From an uncultured Candidatus Actinomarina sp. (GTDB taxonomy: Bacteria; Actinomycetota; Acidimicrobiia; Actinomarinales; Actinomarinaceae): DNA of 64,000 nt. The position numbers were made by a program, and so were the translations under genes. Positions 46,987 to 57,190 of the stretch are shown here, piece by piece. The notes under the pieces are model-generated. The model was not told the origin of the DNA and ran no database searches. It saw only the letters and a list, made by a program, of their open reading frames with translations. The stretch spans positions 32,369 to 96,368 of the forward strand of contig CACPJC010000003.1 in NCBI GenBank assembly GCA_902634185.1. Direction: 5' to 3'. How positions within the stretch are numbered: the stretch's first letter is position 1; every line of letters begins with the position of its first letter.

Positions 46987-48315
46987 TCAGGAAAACCTTG
47001 CTTTTATAGATTCAATGATTTGATCTTTTTGAGGCTCTAGAGTCTCAAAATCCTCATCCTGATCAATCTCAGAACCAGGAAAATCTTTAATAAGTGGAGA
47101 TATCACATTGCTGAACTTTTCAGGTGATGCAGTAGCTACAGCGACTGTTGGAACACTTGAGTTTATATCTATAGCCATTCTTAAAGAGGTGACTGTATGA
47201 GGATCAAAAACAATATTAAAAAGATCATTGAATGTTTTTATTTCCTCTTTTATCTTTTCATCATCAAAGGTCTGTGAGCTAAATATATGTTGTAATTTAT
47301 CTCTGCTACCTTCACTTAACATTCCTTTTTTATTTTCATTAAGATCTTGATAGAAAGATGATGCATCTGATTCAAAGTCATATATTAATCTCTCTAAACT
47401 AGATGGGATCTGAATATCCATACTTGGGGCAACACTGGGTTTTGTTGTTTGTGGTTCTAGGATTCCAGAATCAATAAAACGCTTCAAGACATCATTAACA
47501 TTTGTTGTACACATGATCTGATTTATTTTCAGTCCATGTGATCTACCAAACCATGCTGAGTAAGCATTACCAAAATTTCCAGACGGTATTGCAACATTTA
47601 TTGGTGAAGTAAACTGTTTGGTCAACCAGACATAATAAGTGACCTGTCCCATAACTCGAAGCCAGTTGATTGAGTTCAAAGAGATAATTCTTCTCTCAAA
47701 TGGATTGTCAGATAATATCTCTTTTGCAATTCTTTGACAGTCATCATATGACCCTTCAACTGCAATATTGAAAACATTATCTTTGATAACACTTGTCATT
47801 TGTTTTCTTTGATATTCACTAATTTTGTTTGCGGGATGAAGAACGACAATATCAATATTGTCTGAATCTTTTACAGCTTGGATAGCAGCACTCCCTGTAT
47901 CACCGCTGGTTGCTACAAGAACGAGCCCTCTCTCTCCTAATTCACTCAGTCTTTTACCAGCAATTGCTCCTAGAGGTTGTAGAGCATAATCTTTAAATGA
48001 TTTTGTAGGTCCATGAAAAAGCTCCATGACGACGGTTGTATCATTTAAATCTTTAAGTACTGGTTCTGGAGAGTTTTCAAATCCAGAATATAGTGATAAG
48101 CCATCAACATATTTAGCTGAGTTTTTATCTAGTGCAATAAAGATTGTTTTTACAAAATCCTCATAACTTAAGTCCTCTTCAGTTAAATGATTAAGGTTAT
48201 CAATTGTTAATGAATCAGGTAAATAAAGGCCTTTATCAGGTGCTAGCCCTGAAAGAATGACATCTTCAAAAGAGATGGTCTCTTTATGTCCCCTGGTTGA
48301 TTGATACTGTACCAC
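46987..48315 (-). CDS. thrC: Threonine synthase
   Basis: 442 aa, PLP-Lys region (FHGPTKSFKDYALQ), GTG start. Confidence 0.85.
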   Translation of the reverse strand: MVQYQSTRGHKETISFEDVILSGLAPDKGLYLPDSLTIDNLNHLTEEDLSYEDFVKTIFIALDKNSAKYVDGLSLYSGFENSPEPVLKDLNDTTVVMELFHGPTKSFKDYALQPLGAIAGKRLSELGERGLVLVATSGDTGSAAIQAVKDSDNIDIVVLHPANKISEYQRKQMTSVIKDNVFNIAVEGSYDDCQRIAKEILSDNPFERRIISLNSINWLRVMGQVTYYVWLTKQFTSPINVAIPSGNFGNAYSAWFGRSHGLKINQIMCTTNVNDVLKRFIDSGILEPQTTKPSVAPSMDIQIPSSLERLIYDFESDASSFYQDLNENKKGMLSEGSRDKLQHIFSSQTFDDEKIKEEIKTFNDLFNIVFDPHTVTSLRMAIDINSSVPTVAVATASPEKFSNVISPLIKDFPGSEIDQDEDFETLEPQKDQIIESIKARFS

Positions 48316-49572
48316 TTAGACGTAGACGCGAAGTGTTGAGGTCACTGTTGTGACGGAATCTAGTGCTGATATTTGATCAATAGAATTCTTGATATCTTTC
48401 TCTGGTGCCTCGTGGGTAACTAAAACAAGTTCTGCTTTATCTCCCCTGCCTTCTTGGATAACACTCTCAATACTTACGTTATTTTCACCAAAAGTTCCAG
48501 AGATTTTTGCCAAAACACCAGGTTCATCATTGACGGAAAGCCTTATAAACATGCTTGATACCACATCCTCAAAACTTTTCATTTCGCCTTTAAATTCTCT
48601 TAGTGGATACCAGTTTGTTTGATCACTGCTTAGTTGATGGCAAGCACTTAACACGTCTCCAATAATTGCACTTGCTGTTGGTTCAGCACCTGCGCCTGGT
48701 CCTGAAAACACCAACTGATTTATATTATCTCCTTCAACGACAACAGCATTTAAAGCTCCTCTTATTGCAGCAAGAGGATGTTTCGTATCAATTAAGACAG
48801 GATGAACCCTTGCATTAAAGCCATTCTTATTTTCAATCTGTGCAACTAATTTAATTGTCTTTCCGAGCCTTGCTGCCCATTCAAAATCTTCTTTTGTAAT
48901 GCCAGAAATTCCATCGGTAAAGAGTTCGTCTGCACTTGGTGATACTCCAAAACAAAGAAGCGATAAAATTACTGCTTTGTATTTTGCATCTATTCCTTCA
49001 ACATCATTTGTTGGATCAGGTTCTGCATATCCTAGTTCCTGTGCAGTCGATAGTGCATCTTCGTAGGAACTTCCCTCTTCCATAGCAGTCAGCATATAGT
49101 TGGTTGTTCCGTTTATGATCCCGAGTACCTTTGACAACTCTTCGCCTCTAAGACTTTCTATGAGTGGTTTAAGTACAGGTATACCTGCAGCGACTGCTGC
49201 CTCAAAATATAAACAAGCATTATTTTCTTTTGCAGTATTAATTAGATCAGATCCAGAATCGGCAATGATATCTTTATTTGCTGTTATTACTGCTTTACCA
49301 TTTTGCAAGATTGCCTTTATGTACTCTTTACCGGGATCAATACCTCCAAGAACTTCTATAACAAGATCAATTGAATCATCATTTAAAATGTCATCAAAAT
49401 TGTCAGTGAGAATATCGTCTGGTATTTCTCTTTTTTTACTTTTATCTTTTACTAAAACTCTTTTTACATTTAATCCAACTATTCCTTTATCTAAGTTCAT
49501 GAGGCGTGAGATAACAGCTGAACCAATATTGCCAGCACCCATAACAGCTACATTAAATGTTTTATTTTCCAT
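48316..49572 (-). CDS. hom: Homoserine dehydrogenase (with C-terminal ACT domain)
   Basis: NAD-binding VAVMGAGNIGSAV and the Hom catalytic domain. 418 aa. Confidence 0.85.
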   Translation of the reverse strand: MENKTFNVAVMGAGNIGSAVISRLMNLDKGIVGLNVKRVLVKDKSKKREIPDDILTDNFDDILNDDSIDLVIEVLGGIDPGKEYIKAILQNGKAVITANKDIIADSGSDLINTAKENNACLYFEAAVAAGIPVLKPLIESLRGEELSKVLGIINGTTNYMLTAMEEGSSYEDALSTAQELGYAEPDPTNDVEGIDAKYKAVILSLLCFGVSPSADELFTDGISGITKEDFEWAARLGKTIKLVAQIENKNGFNARVHPVLIDTKHPLAAIRGALNAVVVEGDNINQLVFSGPGAGAEPTASAIIGDVLSACHQLSSDQTNWYPLREFKGEMKSFEDVVSSMFIRLSVNDEPGVLAKISGTFGENNVSIESVIQEGRGDKAELVLVTHEAPEKDIKNSIDQISALDSVTTVTSTLRVYV

Positions 49573-49615
49573 ATTTAGTAAGGATAAATGTTATTCAGAT
49601 TGAAACAACAGTTTT

Positions 49616-52180
49616 TTATTCATCACCATCAGCGATTCCATCTGTGTCAGCATCTGAGCTTGCATTTGGGTCTAAAGGAAATGCATCTAAAGAGTCTAAT
49701 ACCCCATCACCATCATCATCTGTGTCTGATGAATTATCGATACCGTCTCCATCTGTATCAACAGCAGTTAGTTTCCATCTTCTCATAAATTCATCTTCAA
49801 ACATTACTATTCCTACTTCAGGGTTCACCCAAAAATTTAGTATCTGTAAAGACCGGTGAAATGAACTTGATGCACCAATACTAACTTGTGAATGAGTAAT
49901 TTTGTATGCATCGTATGCACCGTGAGGTGTAACAACTAACTCTTGATTTACATAATTTGTAAAATTCCAAGTATCGTAATAAGTAGTGCCAAAAGTGGAT
50001 GTATTTTCATATCTTGAAGAACAATCTGATTCATTATATTCACCTGTCTTCATGTAATGGTCAATGAATAGACAAGGATTTTGAAATTCTCTTTCAATAG
50101 AGCCGTCACTTGGTGTTGAACCGGCAAATATCTTTTCCCAACCAACAGTCTTTATAAAGTAATTACCATTGTTTATATAAAATAATATTCCAAATTTATG
50201 GTTAACATCGCCTGTATTAAATGGATTCACATAATTCATGTCACAATTTTGTGTATCACACCAGTAAAAAGTTTCGTATGTAGTTCCACCATCCTCAATA
50301 TCTGAGCCTTTTTCGACATACATTGTTTTTGTTGCAGAAGTAGTTTCAGAAATTGATTCTGTAAAGCTATATGACGATGAACCACCATCAATTAATGGAA
50401 AATATGCTTTTGATTTTATTGAATAACTTCCGATGTCAACGCCATAATTTGTAGATGGCCCAAATCTGTCATATTCATGTGCATATTCTTGCATTACTCT
50501 CGAAGCATCAGATTGATCATTTACTCCAGCACTTTGTGTGCCTTGTGTTCCATCATTTTGATAGTGGAAAGGAATGCCAAGATCATTTACTTCTGGAAAT
50601 CCAGCACATGTTAAATCTGGATTTGAATAAATTCCACAAAAAGCCATTCCATACCCTACGAGAGTTGAGAAAGGTTGGTCGCCTGTCTGATTATAAGCAT
50701 GTGCATAATCGGTAATTCCATCTCCTGTTGATCCAGGATTTGAACTTTGCTCTCTTGAATGTGCTATCCCCAAAGCATGTCCTAACTCATGTGGAAAGAG
50801 CTTGTTATTATATCTGTAATCCAAGCTTGTAACTTTGAAAACATTTCTCCTGTCTTTTGTTGTATCTCTATATAAATATGAAGAACTTCCCTCTCCAGGA
50901 AGGAGTGCACCTACAATATCAGCACCTTTTTTAACTTTAGTTTTGTGGACTTCTTGATCATATTGTAAAAAGTTTAAAATATTGCTACTTACGTCTGAGT
51001 AAGTCACATTCCAAGAATGGATATCCAAAACATTCATTTCCAAGTTAGTAATCTGACTATTCGCAAAAATCTCATTTTGATTTGTCTCTAACTGACCCTG
51101 AGCAAAAGAAAGCAATTCACTGGTAGTATCGTAATCGCTTGGTGCAGATCCAATTGTGTCATTGTGGTAAACAAGTAAAAGATCTATGGAAAATTTTTCT
51201 GATATATCTGTCACGTTAACTGTAAAATTTTTGCAAGATATTCCCAAACTGTCAGTCACATTTGCAGTTGCTGAATAACTTGTCTTTTGCTCATAGTCAG
51301 CATTTGTATTTAAAGTTATTACTCCGTTTGAATCAACCGACATAAGTCTTGAATCACTTCCAGTAATTGAGTAAGACAATGTGCCTGATCCCGTTGCTGA
51401 AATGGTATCAATAGATTTTTGATTTTCATTTATTGTTATTGGAGTAGTTAAATTAGTAATTGTTGGACCATTGCTACAGCTATCCTCAGAAGAATTTCCT
51501 GATCCAGTTCCACCAGTTCCACCAGTTCCAGGTGTTATTCCTGGGATGGGTTTTTCTATAAAATCAAAACCACTATTTTTTAATTGTTTATGTTCATCGC
51601 AGTCTCTATATGTAGTCCATTCACCTGCTGCATTCCATAAAGTTCCAACTTCTCCATGCCACATCTTTCCACCATCATCACAATCAATTTTCTCACTTAC
51701 TGTTTCCGTGATAATTTCATCAACCTCTGTGATAACTTCATCGACCTCTAAGAGATTTTGTTTTATTGGTCTATTTTCAAAAAAAGTACATTCTTTGTAA
51801 GCTAAATAGTCACCGCAATCTATAAATATAGCTTTGACCTCCATCTCACAATTGTTATAAGTTGTCATAGCTTTATGTGTTGAAGGTCCAATAATGCCAT
51901 CAACTCTAATCCCAATAAATCTTTGAAAATTTTTGATTGCTAGCCTAAGACTTTTTGTCATATAAGCTTCAATTTTTCCAGTGAAAAAACCTTCTTCATT
52001 CAGAAAATCATATAAATTACTAACTTCAAGAAAATTTACGTTACCGTAATTATTTTCAACACATTCCTGAGTAGTTTCATTAAAGACTGATTCAGTTACT
52101 TCGATTTGGGTTGGAAACATTAGAGTTGTAAAAATAATCAAAAATACAAAAATAAAACAAGTAAAAATTCTCCAACCCAT
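49616..52180 (-). CDS. Secreted/anchored multidomain metzincin with a peptidoglycan-binding domain, a cadherin-like domain and TSP3-like Ca-binding repeats
   Basis: N-terminal TM/signal, PG_binding_1-like LRLAIKNFQRFIGIRVDGIIGPSTHKAM, HELGHALGIAHS (HExxHxxGxxH), and C-terminal DTDGDGIDNSSDTDDDGDGVLDSLDAFPLDPNASSDADTDGIADGDE. Confidence 0.75.
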   Translation of the reverse strand: MGWRIFTCFIFVFLIIFTTLMFPTQIEVTESVFNETTQECVENNYGNVNFLEVSNLYDFLNEEGFFTGKIEAYMTKSLRLAIKNFQRFIGIRVDGIIGPSTHKAMTTYNNCEMEVKAIFIDCGDYLAYKECTFFENRPIKQNLLEVDEVITEVDEIITETVSEKIDCDDGGKMWHGEVGTLWNAAGEWTTYRDCDEHKQLKNSGFDFIEKPIPGITPGTGGTGGTGSGNSSEDSCSNGPTITNLTTPITINENQKSIDTISATGSGTLSYSITGSDSRLMSVDSNGVITLNTNADYEQKTSYSATANVTDSLGISCKNFTVNVTDISEKFSIDLLLVYHNDTIGSAPSDYDTTSELLSFAQGQLETNQNEIFANSQITNLEMNVLDIHSWNVTYSDVSSNILNFLQYDQEVHKTKVKKGADIVGALLPGEGSSSYLYRDTTKDRRNVFKVTSLDYRYNNKLFPHELGHALGIAHSREQSSNPGSTGDGITDYAHAYNQTGDQPFSTLVGYGMAFCGIYSNPDLTCAGFPEVNDLGIPFHYQNDGTQGTQSAGVNDQSDASRVMQEYAHEYDRFGPSTNYGVDIGSYSIKSKAYFPLIDGGSSSYSFTESISETTSATKTMYVEKGSDIEDGGTTYETFYWCDTQNCDMNYVNPFNTGDVNHKFGILFYINNGNYFIKTVGWEKIFAGSTPSDGSIEREFQNPCLFIDHYMKTGEYNESDCSSRYENTSTFGTTYYDTWNFTNYVNQELVVTPHGAYDAYKITHSQVSIGASSSFHRSLQILNFWVNPEVGIVMFEDEFMRRWKLTAVDTDGDGIDNSSDTDDDGDGVLDSLDAFPLDPNASSDADTDGIADGDE

Positions 52181-52222
52181 AGAGAAAAATTCTAAGTTAT
52201 AAAATTTTCTATTTCAAATAAT

Positions 52223-52669
52223 TTAAGTCAGTTTTTGTTTGACTATTTTACTTACGACCGAACCATCTATGCCGTCACCTTTTGCCATAACTGCACCAAT
52301 TACTCTTCCCATTTGAGAAATATCAACGTCACCTAATTCAGAAAGGACCTCATCAACAATTTTTTCAACTTCCTCTTCACCAAGTTGTTCTGGTAAATAG
52401 GTACTTAGAAAATCAATCTCAAATTGTATTTTGTCCGCCATCTCTTGACCCCTTTCGCCCAAAGATTGATATTCTTCAACAGCTTTTATCATTTTTTTAA
52501 CATATGAAGAGATCACTCCAAGTACAAGGTCGTCATTTACTTCTTCGCCTTTTTCAGCTTTCTTTTTTGCAATCTCTGTTTGGATTTGTCTAATAGCATC
52601 AAGTTTGGGTTTATCTTTTGCCTTCATTGCATCTTTTAATGCTGAGCTTAAGTCATCTGCTAGTGCCAT
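52223..52669 (-). CDS. GatB/YqeY-domain protein
   Basis: 148 aa with the YqeY family pattern (LSSALKDAMKAKDK...). Confidence 0.7.
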   Translation of the reverse strand: MALADDLSSALKDAMKAKDKPKLDAIRQIQTEIAKKKAEKGEEVNDDLVLGVISSYVKKMIKAVEEYQSLGERGQEMADKIQFEIDFLSTYLPEQLGEEEVEKIVDEVLSELGDVDISQMGRVIGAVMAKGDGIDGSVVSKIVKQKLT

Positions 52670-52688
52670 AATTTTCTATCCTATCTAG

Positions 52689-53327
52689 TTAAAGTTTATC
52701 ACCAATATCAGTGACCACACCATAAACTCCTGTATTTAAAATATTATCTATTTCATCTTTATCATTAACTGTCCACACAACACATTTATCTTTTGGTAGG
52801 TCAAACTTTCTAGAATGAAAAATATCTTTCTGGATCATAAACATTAAATTATCATCTAAATTCGAAATAGATTTGCTTTCGAATAATTGATTTTCTTCAT
52901 CAATCAAAATACCATATCTTGAATTAAATTTTTCTCTGTTGCTTAAAATTGTTCCCCAATCAAATGAAGAAACAATATCATCAGGATTTGTTAACTCAAT
53001 AATTTTTTCTACAAAGATGGTGTTTAGAGTTTCTTGTTTATTGTTTACTTTTAATTCAAAATTTACATCTCCCAATATTTGATCTCTAGATGTTAAATGA
53101 TTATCACTTAGGTCAGTACTTTTAATGTCTGATATCTCTTGTAATGACAAATCTTCAATTTCTTGATTATTAATTGTCGAATCATGAAAAAGAATTAACT
53201 CTTCATCTTTTGTTATCCGTACATCTGTTTCAACGAAATCACATATTTCAAGGGCTTTATTGAGACTCAAAAAGGTGTTTTCAGGGTATAAATTGGGTAA
53301 ACCTCTATGACCAAAAATTTTTTTCAA
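52689..53327 (-). CDS. Glycerophosphodiester phosphodiesterase family protein
   Basis: IFGHRGLPNLYPENT...ETDVRITKDEELILFHD GDPD motifs. Confidence 0.75.
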   Translation of the reverse strand: MKKIFGHRGLPNLYPENTFLSLNKALEICDFVETDVRITKDEELILFHDSTINNQEIEDLSLQEISDIKSTDLSDNHLTSRDQILGDVNFELKVNNKQETLNTIFVEKIIELTNPDDIVSSFDWGTILSNREKFNSRYGILIDEENQLFESKSISNLDDNLMFMIQKDIFHSRKFDLPKDKCVVWTVNDKDEIDNILNTGVYGVVTDIGDKL

Positions 53328-53404
53328 AAATACTTCCTTATATTTCCAATTTTAGTACAATTAATTCACTAGATTGTGAAACATTTCACAAAGTAAGGAA
53401 TAAA

Positions 53405-53689
53405 GTGCAAATAGTAAATTTTGACTTAGAACAAGAACTTTGGATGCAGGAGGGTGCATGCGTTTTTGCTGATCCTGACCTGTTTTTTCCAGTAGGTTCT
53501 TCTATGAAAGCATTAAAACAAGCTGCTGAGGCTAAGGCAATTTGTAATGAGTGTGACGTAAAAATTGAATGTTTAGAATATGCTATTAGAACAAATCAAG
53601 ACTCTGGTGTTTGGGGTGGAACAACAGAGGACGAGAGAAAATCAATTAGAAGAGAGTATAAAAAAACAGGTACTCTTGTAACTTCCTAA
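53405..53689 (+). CDS. whiB: WhiB-family [4Fe-4S] transcription factor
   Basis: Four Cys (C..C..C...C), a GVWGG turn, and a basic C-terminus. Confidence 0.85.
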   Translation: MQIVNFDLEQELWMQEGACVFADPDLFFPVGSSMKALKQAAEAKAICNECDVKIECLEYAIRTNQDSGVWGGTTEDERKSIRREYKKTGTLVTS

Positions 53690-53910
53690 ACTAAGCCAGC
53701 TTCCCTTTTATCGGTATCATCAACAAATTCAATGGAATGTATTTGTTTAGCGTTGATTCCAATCTCACCGTCTTCATCTTTAATCCAATACATTCCACCA
53801 TTTTGGATTAATTCTTCAATTTCTTTTGTAAATTTCTTCTTATCATCAACTTCGGTTTGAAATTCCTTCATTGAACCAAGTAGTGCGATTTTTACTTTTT
53901 GCTTAGCCAC
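53686..53910 (-). CDS. Small actinobacterial protein, DUF3107-like (tentative)
   Basis: 74 aa with the VKI..G....E.....D......EEL.......W..DE.G......I..IEF pattern. Confidence 0.45.
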   Translation of the reverse strand: MAKQKVKIALLGSMKEFQTEVDDKKKFTKEIEELIQNGGMYWIKDEDGEIGINAKQIHSIEFVDDTDKREAGLV

Positions 53911-53919
53911 TATATCTCC

Positions 53920-54897
53920 TTATAAAACGTTTTCACCCATAAAAATTGCGGAGACAGAATCGTCCGCAAAAATAGATGTTAGTGCCGTTGCAATAATAGA
54001 GGAAACGGAGAGAATGTTTACATTTCCGATTTTTTCGATATTCCCATTTTGTTTAAGTGTGTCTGTTACGACGATTTCTTCTATAGGGGTATCTTGAAGT
54101 TTCTCGACACTTTCATCAGAAAAAATTCCGTGAGTTGCTGCTACGCTCACAGACTTTGCACCTCTCTCAATTAGAGCTCTTGATGCAGCAGCAATTGTGC
54201 CTCCTGTATCAATTATGTCATCAAATAATATTGCGTGTCGATCCTCAACTTCACCGATGACAGTAAATGCCTTTACTTCGTTATGTATCTTTGGATCTCT
54301 CTTCTTGTGTACAAAACCAACATAAGCCTCCATATTTTTAGCAAAAGTTGTAGCTCTTCTCACTCCTCCAGCGTCTGGGGAAATTATTGTTATAGGCTCT
54401 TGAAATTTTTCTTTAAAGTAATTTACAAATAATGGCATAGCTGTCAAATGATCGAATGGCTGATCAACAAATCCTTGAATCTGTTGTGTGTGTAAATCAA
54501 TTGAGACTATCCTGTCTGCTCCTGCTGCAATAAATAGGTCGGCAACTAATCGAGCAGATATTGGCTCTCTAGGTAATGCTTTTTTATCCTGTCTTGAATA
54601 TGGGTAAAACGGAAGTACAGCAGTGATTCTTTTTGCAGATGCTCTTTTTAAGGCATCTACAAGTAAAAGCTGCTCCATTATTGTAAAGTTAACTTGGCCC
54701 GAATGGCTTTGCATTACAAAACAATCAGCACCTCTTACACTTTCTTGTAAACGTATATAAATTTCTCCATTTGCAAATTGAGTCTTATCTACTTCAGCAA
54801 GTTCAGTTCCTAGTTCTTTTGCAACTTTATCGGCTAATTCAGGATTTGATGAACCTGAAAATATGAGCATTTTCTTTTTACCAGCTCTCTCAATCAT
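53920..54897 (-). CDS. prs: Ribose-phosphate pyrophosphokinase
   Basis: PRPP synthetase N-terminus and PRPP-binding loop (DDIIDTGGT). Confidence 0.9.
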   Translation of the reverse strand: MIERAGKKKMLIFSGSSNPELADKVAKELGTELAEVDKTQFANGEIYIRLQESVRGADCFVMQSHSGQVNFTIMEQLLLVDALKRASAKRITAVLPFYPYSRQDKKALPREPISARLVADLFIAAGADRIVSIDLHTQQIQGFVDQPFDHLTAMPLFVNYFKEKFQEPITIISPDAGGVRRATTFAKNMEAYVGFVHKKRDPKIHNEVKAFTVIGEVEDRHAILFDDIIDTGGTIAAASRALIERGAKSVSVAATHGIFSDESVEKLQDTPIEEIVVTDTLKQNGNIEKIGNVNILSVSSIIATALTSIFADDSVSAIFMGENVL

Positions 54898-56267
54898 TTC
54901 TTTCCTTTTTTATTTTTTCGATCCATATAGCCCTCAATATTTTTCTGATCATTTCTTTCAATACCAAGAGCTCCTGGAGGAATATCTTTTGTAATTACAG
55001 ATCCAGCACCCACCATAGCTCCCTCACCAATGGTCACGGGAGCAACAAGCATTGTATCTGAACCTACAAATGCATTTTTCTTTATCTCAGTTTTATGTTT
55101 TTCTTTACCGTCATAATTAACAGTTATTGCTCCGGCTGAAAAATTTACATTTTCTTCTAATTCTGCATCTCCAACATAAGCAAGATGGGGTACTTTACTG
55201 CCTTTTCCAATTTTTGAATTTTTTGTTTCTGCAAAAGCTCCAACTTTCACATTTTCATCAAGAATAGATCCCTTTCTTAAATGAGCATAAGGACCAATTG
55301 TTGCCTTGCCTTTTATTTCTGCTTCATCGATCACTGAAAATTGAACGACAGAACCCTCGCCTATTTTTGAATCATTAATTATGGAGTTTGGTCCTATGAC
55401 ACAATCCTTTTCAATACTTGTTTTTCCCGTTAAATGACAATTAGCTAAAATTCTCGATCCGGAGGCTATCTCCACAGACTTATCTATATATGTTGAATTT
55501 GGATCTTGAAAATATACACCATTTTCCATGTGGGATTCAATTAGTTCTTTCCGAAGCGTGTTCTCAACATCATTCAGCTGACTCATGGAATTTATACCTT
55601 GTATTGAATCTTCATTTACTTGTACTATAACCCTTTCAAGATTGTTTTGAAAAGCTATATTTATTAAATCTGTAAGATAAAATTCTTTTTGATTATTTGA
55701 ACTTTCTAAACTCCCGATATTTGAATTTAGGAAACTTATATCTATGCAATATATTCCAGAATTAATTTCATTGATTTGTTTCTCAGTTTCATTTGCATCG
55801 GATTCTTCAATTATCTTTTCAAACTCTTTATTATTTTTTACAATTCTTCCATACCCAAACGGGTTTTTAACTTTTGCCGAAATTAATCCGATTGCAGCTT
55901 TATTTTCTATGACATCATTTACTAATTTATCTAGCTCGTTCTTTCTTATCAGAGGAACATCGCCTGGAATTACTACTAAGTATTGACTGTTATCACTTTC
56001 AAACTCGCTGCTCTCTAATAATGTAGAAATTGCGTGACCTGTACCAAGTTGTTCTTTTTGTACTACCGGAATAAAATTCTCAAATATGGTTGAGGATACT
56101 TTTTCTGATTGATGTCCAACAACTACATATTTGCTATCAAAATGACTAATTGCTTCTTGAGCATAATCAATCATTGGAATGCCAAGTACGTTATGAAGAA
56201 CTTTTGGAAGGGAGGACTTCATTCTTGTTCCCTGACCAGCAGCTAAAATTACACCTGAAATACTCAT
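54894..56267 (-). CDS. glmU: Bifunctional UDP-N-acetylglucosamine pyrophosphorylase / glucosamine-1-phosphate N-acetyltransferase
   Basis: LAAGQGTRMKSSLPKVLH nucleotidyltransferase N-terminus and a C-terminal left-handed beta-helix with hexapeptide repeats. Confidence 0.9.
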   Translation of the reverse strand: MSISGVILAAGQGTRMKSSLPKVLHNVLGIPMIDYAQEAISHFDSKYVVVGHQSEKVSSTIFENFIPVVQKEQLGTGHAISTLLESSEFESDNSQYLVVIPGDVPLIRKNELDKLVNDVIENKAAIGLISAKVKNPFGYGRIVKNNKEFEKIIEESDANETEKQINEINSGIYCIDISFLNSNIGSLESSNNQKEFYLTDLINIAFQNNLERVIVQVNEDSIQGINSMSQLNDVENTLRKELIESHMENGVYFQDPNSTYIDKSVEIASGSRILANCHLTGKTSIEKDCVIGPNSIINDSKIGEGSVVQFSVIDEAEIKGKATIGPYAHLRKGSILDENVKVGAFAETKNSKIGKGSKVPHLAYVGDAELEENVNFSAGAITVNYDGKEKHKTEIKKNAFVGSDTMLVAPVTIGEGAMVGAGSVITKDIPPGALGIERNDQKNIEGYMDRKNKKGKK

Positions 56268-56275
56268 TTAATTTT

Positions 56276-56350
56276 TGGCTGGGGGAGAAGGACTCGAACC
56301 CTCAACGTTGGGACCAAAACCCAATGTGTTGCCAATTACACCATCCCCCA
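56276..56350 (-). tRNA. tRNA-Gln (anticodon UUG)
   Basis: Hand-folded. A 7-bp acceptor stem (UGGGGGA/UCCCCCA), a GTGT/ACAC D stem, the anticodon loop UUUUGGU, the T arm GGTTCGAGTCC, and an encoded CCA. Confidence 0.8.
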
Positions 56351-56365
56351 ATACTTGTCTTAATT

Positions 56366-57190
56366 CTAATCTGAAATTGTTTCCAAACTAAAATCAATTT
56401 TTTTTACTATTTTTACAATTCTAAATTGGTTCTCATCTATAAGGTCAAACTTTTTTTGTAAGTTATCCAAAGTGCCAAGACAAAACATCGAGCTACCACT
56501 CCCCGACAAAAAGAATTCTTCATCTGTTGATGATTCTAAGTAATCTTTAATTTTTATTAAATTGGGTTCAATTATTGTTGATGGATTCCAGAAGTCGTTA
56601 AATATTTTTATATCTTTATACGTATTTACTAAAGTTGAAGTATTTTTTAATCGATCAAACTCTAAAAATGCTTTTGCAGTTGAAACAATTTCATTAGGTA
56701 CCACAAGCAACATATTCAATTCAATATCAATTTTTTTTGGCTCGATAATATCACCGATTCCTGTTACAAACGCTGGTTGTCCATTAATAAAGAAAGGTAC
56801 ATCGCTACCAATTTTTTGAACAACATCTTCATTGGATGGAATAGATAGGTTATATACTTCTGACAACTTCGACAATAACGCTCCTGCATTGGAACTACCG
56901 CCTCCAAGGCCCGATTCTGTTGGAATATTCTTAGTTATATTTATTTCAAAAAATTTAGAAAAATCATTTATTTCGCGTAATAAGTTTAAAGATTTAGATA
57001 CAGTATTATTTTCTGGGATATTCATTGAGTCGAAAGTAATAATATCTTTATCATTCTTAATCTCTTTTATTTCAATAACATCATAAAGATCTATTGGAAC
57101 GATTAAAGACTCAATTTTGTGAAGTCCATTAACTAATTCGTCTAACACTCTCAGGTTTAGATTTATTTTTCCAAAGGATTTAATTTTCAT
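56366..57190 (-). CDS. ispE: 4-diphosphocytidyl-2-C-methyl-D-erythritol kinase
   Basis: GHMP kinase with the KINLNLRVL N-terminus and a GLGGGSSNA ATP loop. Confidence 0.85.
   Translation of the reverse strand: MKIKSFGKINLNLRVLDELVNGLHKIESLIVPIDLYDVIEIKEIKNDKDIITFDSMNIPENNTVSKSLNLLREINDFSKFFEINITKNIPTESGLGGGSSNAGALLSKLSEVYNLSIPSNEDVVQKIGSDVPFFINGQPAFVTGIGDIIEPKKIDIELNMLLVVPNEIVSTAKAFLEFDRLKNTSTLVNTYKDIKIFNDFWNPSTIIEPNLIKIKDYLESSTDEEFFLSGSGSSMFCLGTLDNLQKKFDLIDENQFRIVKIVKKIDFSLETISD

Noticed and set aside
49100-49859. Plus-strand ORFs antisense to hom and the metzincin 3' end
   Set aside because: No support. They are opposite well-defined genes.
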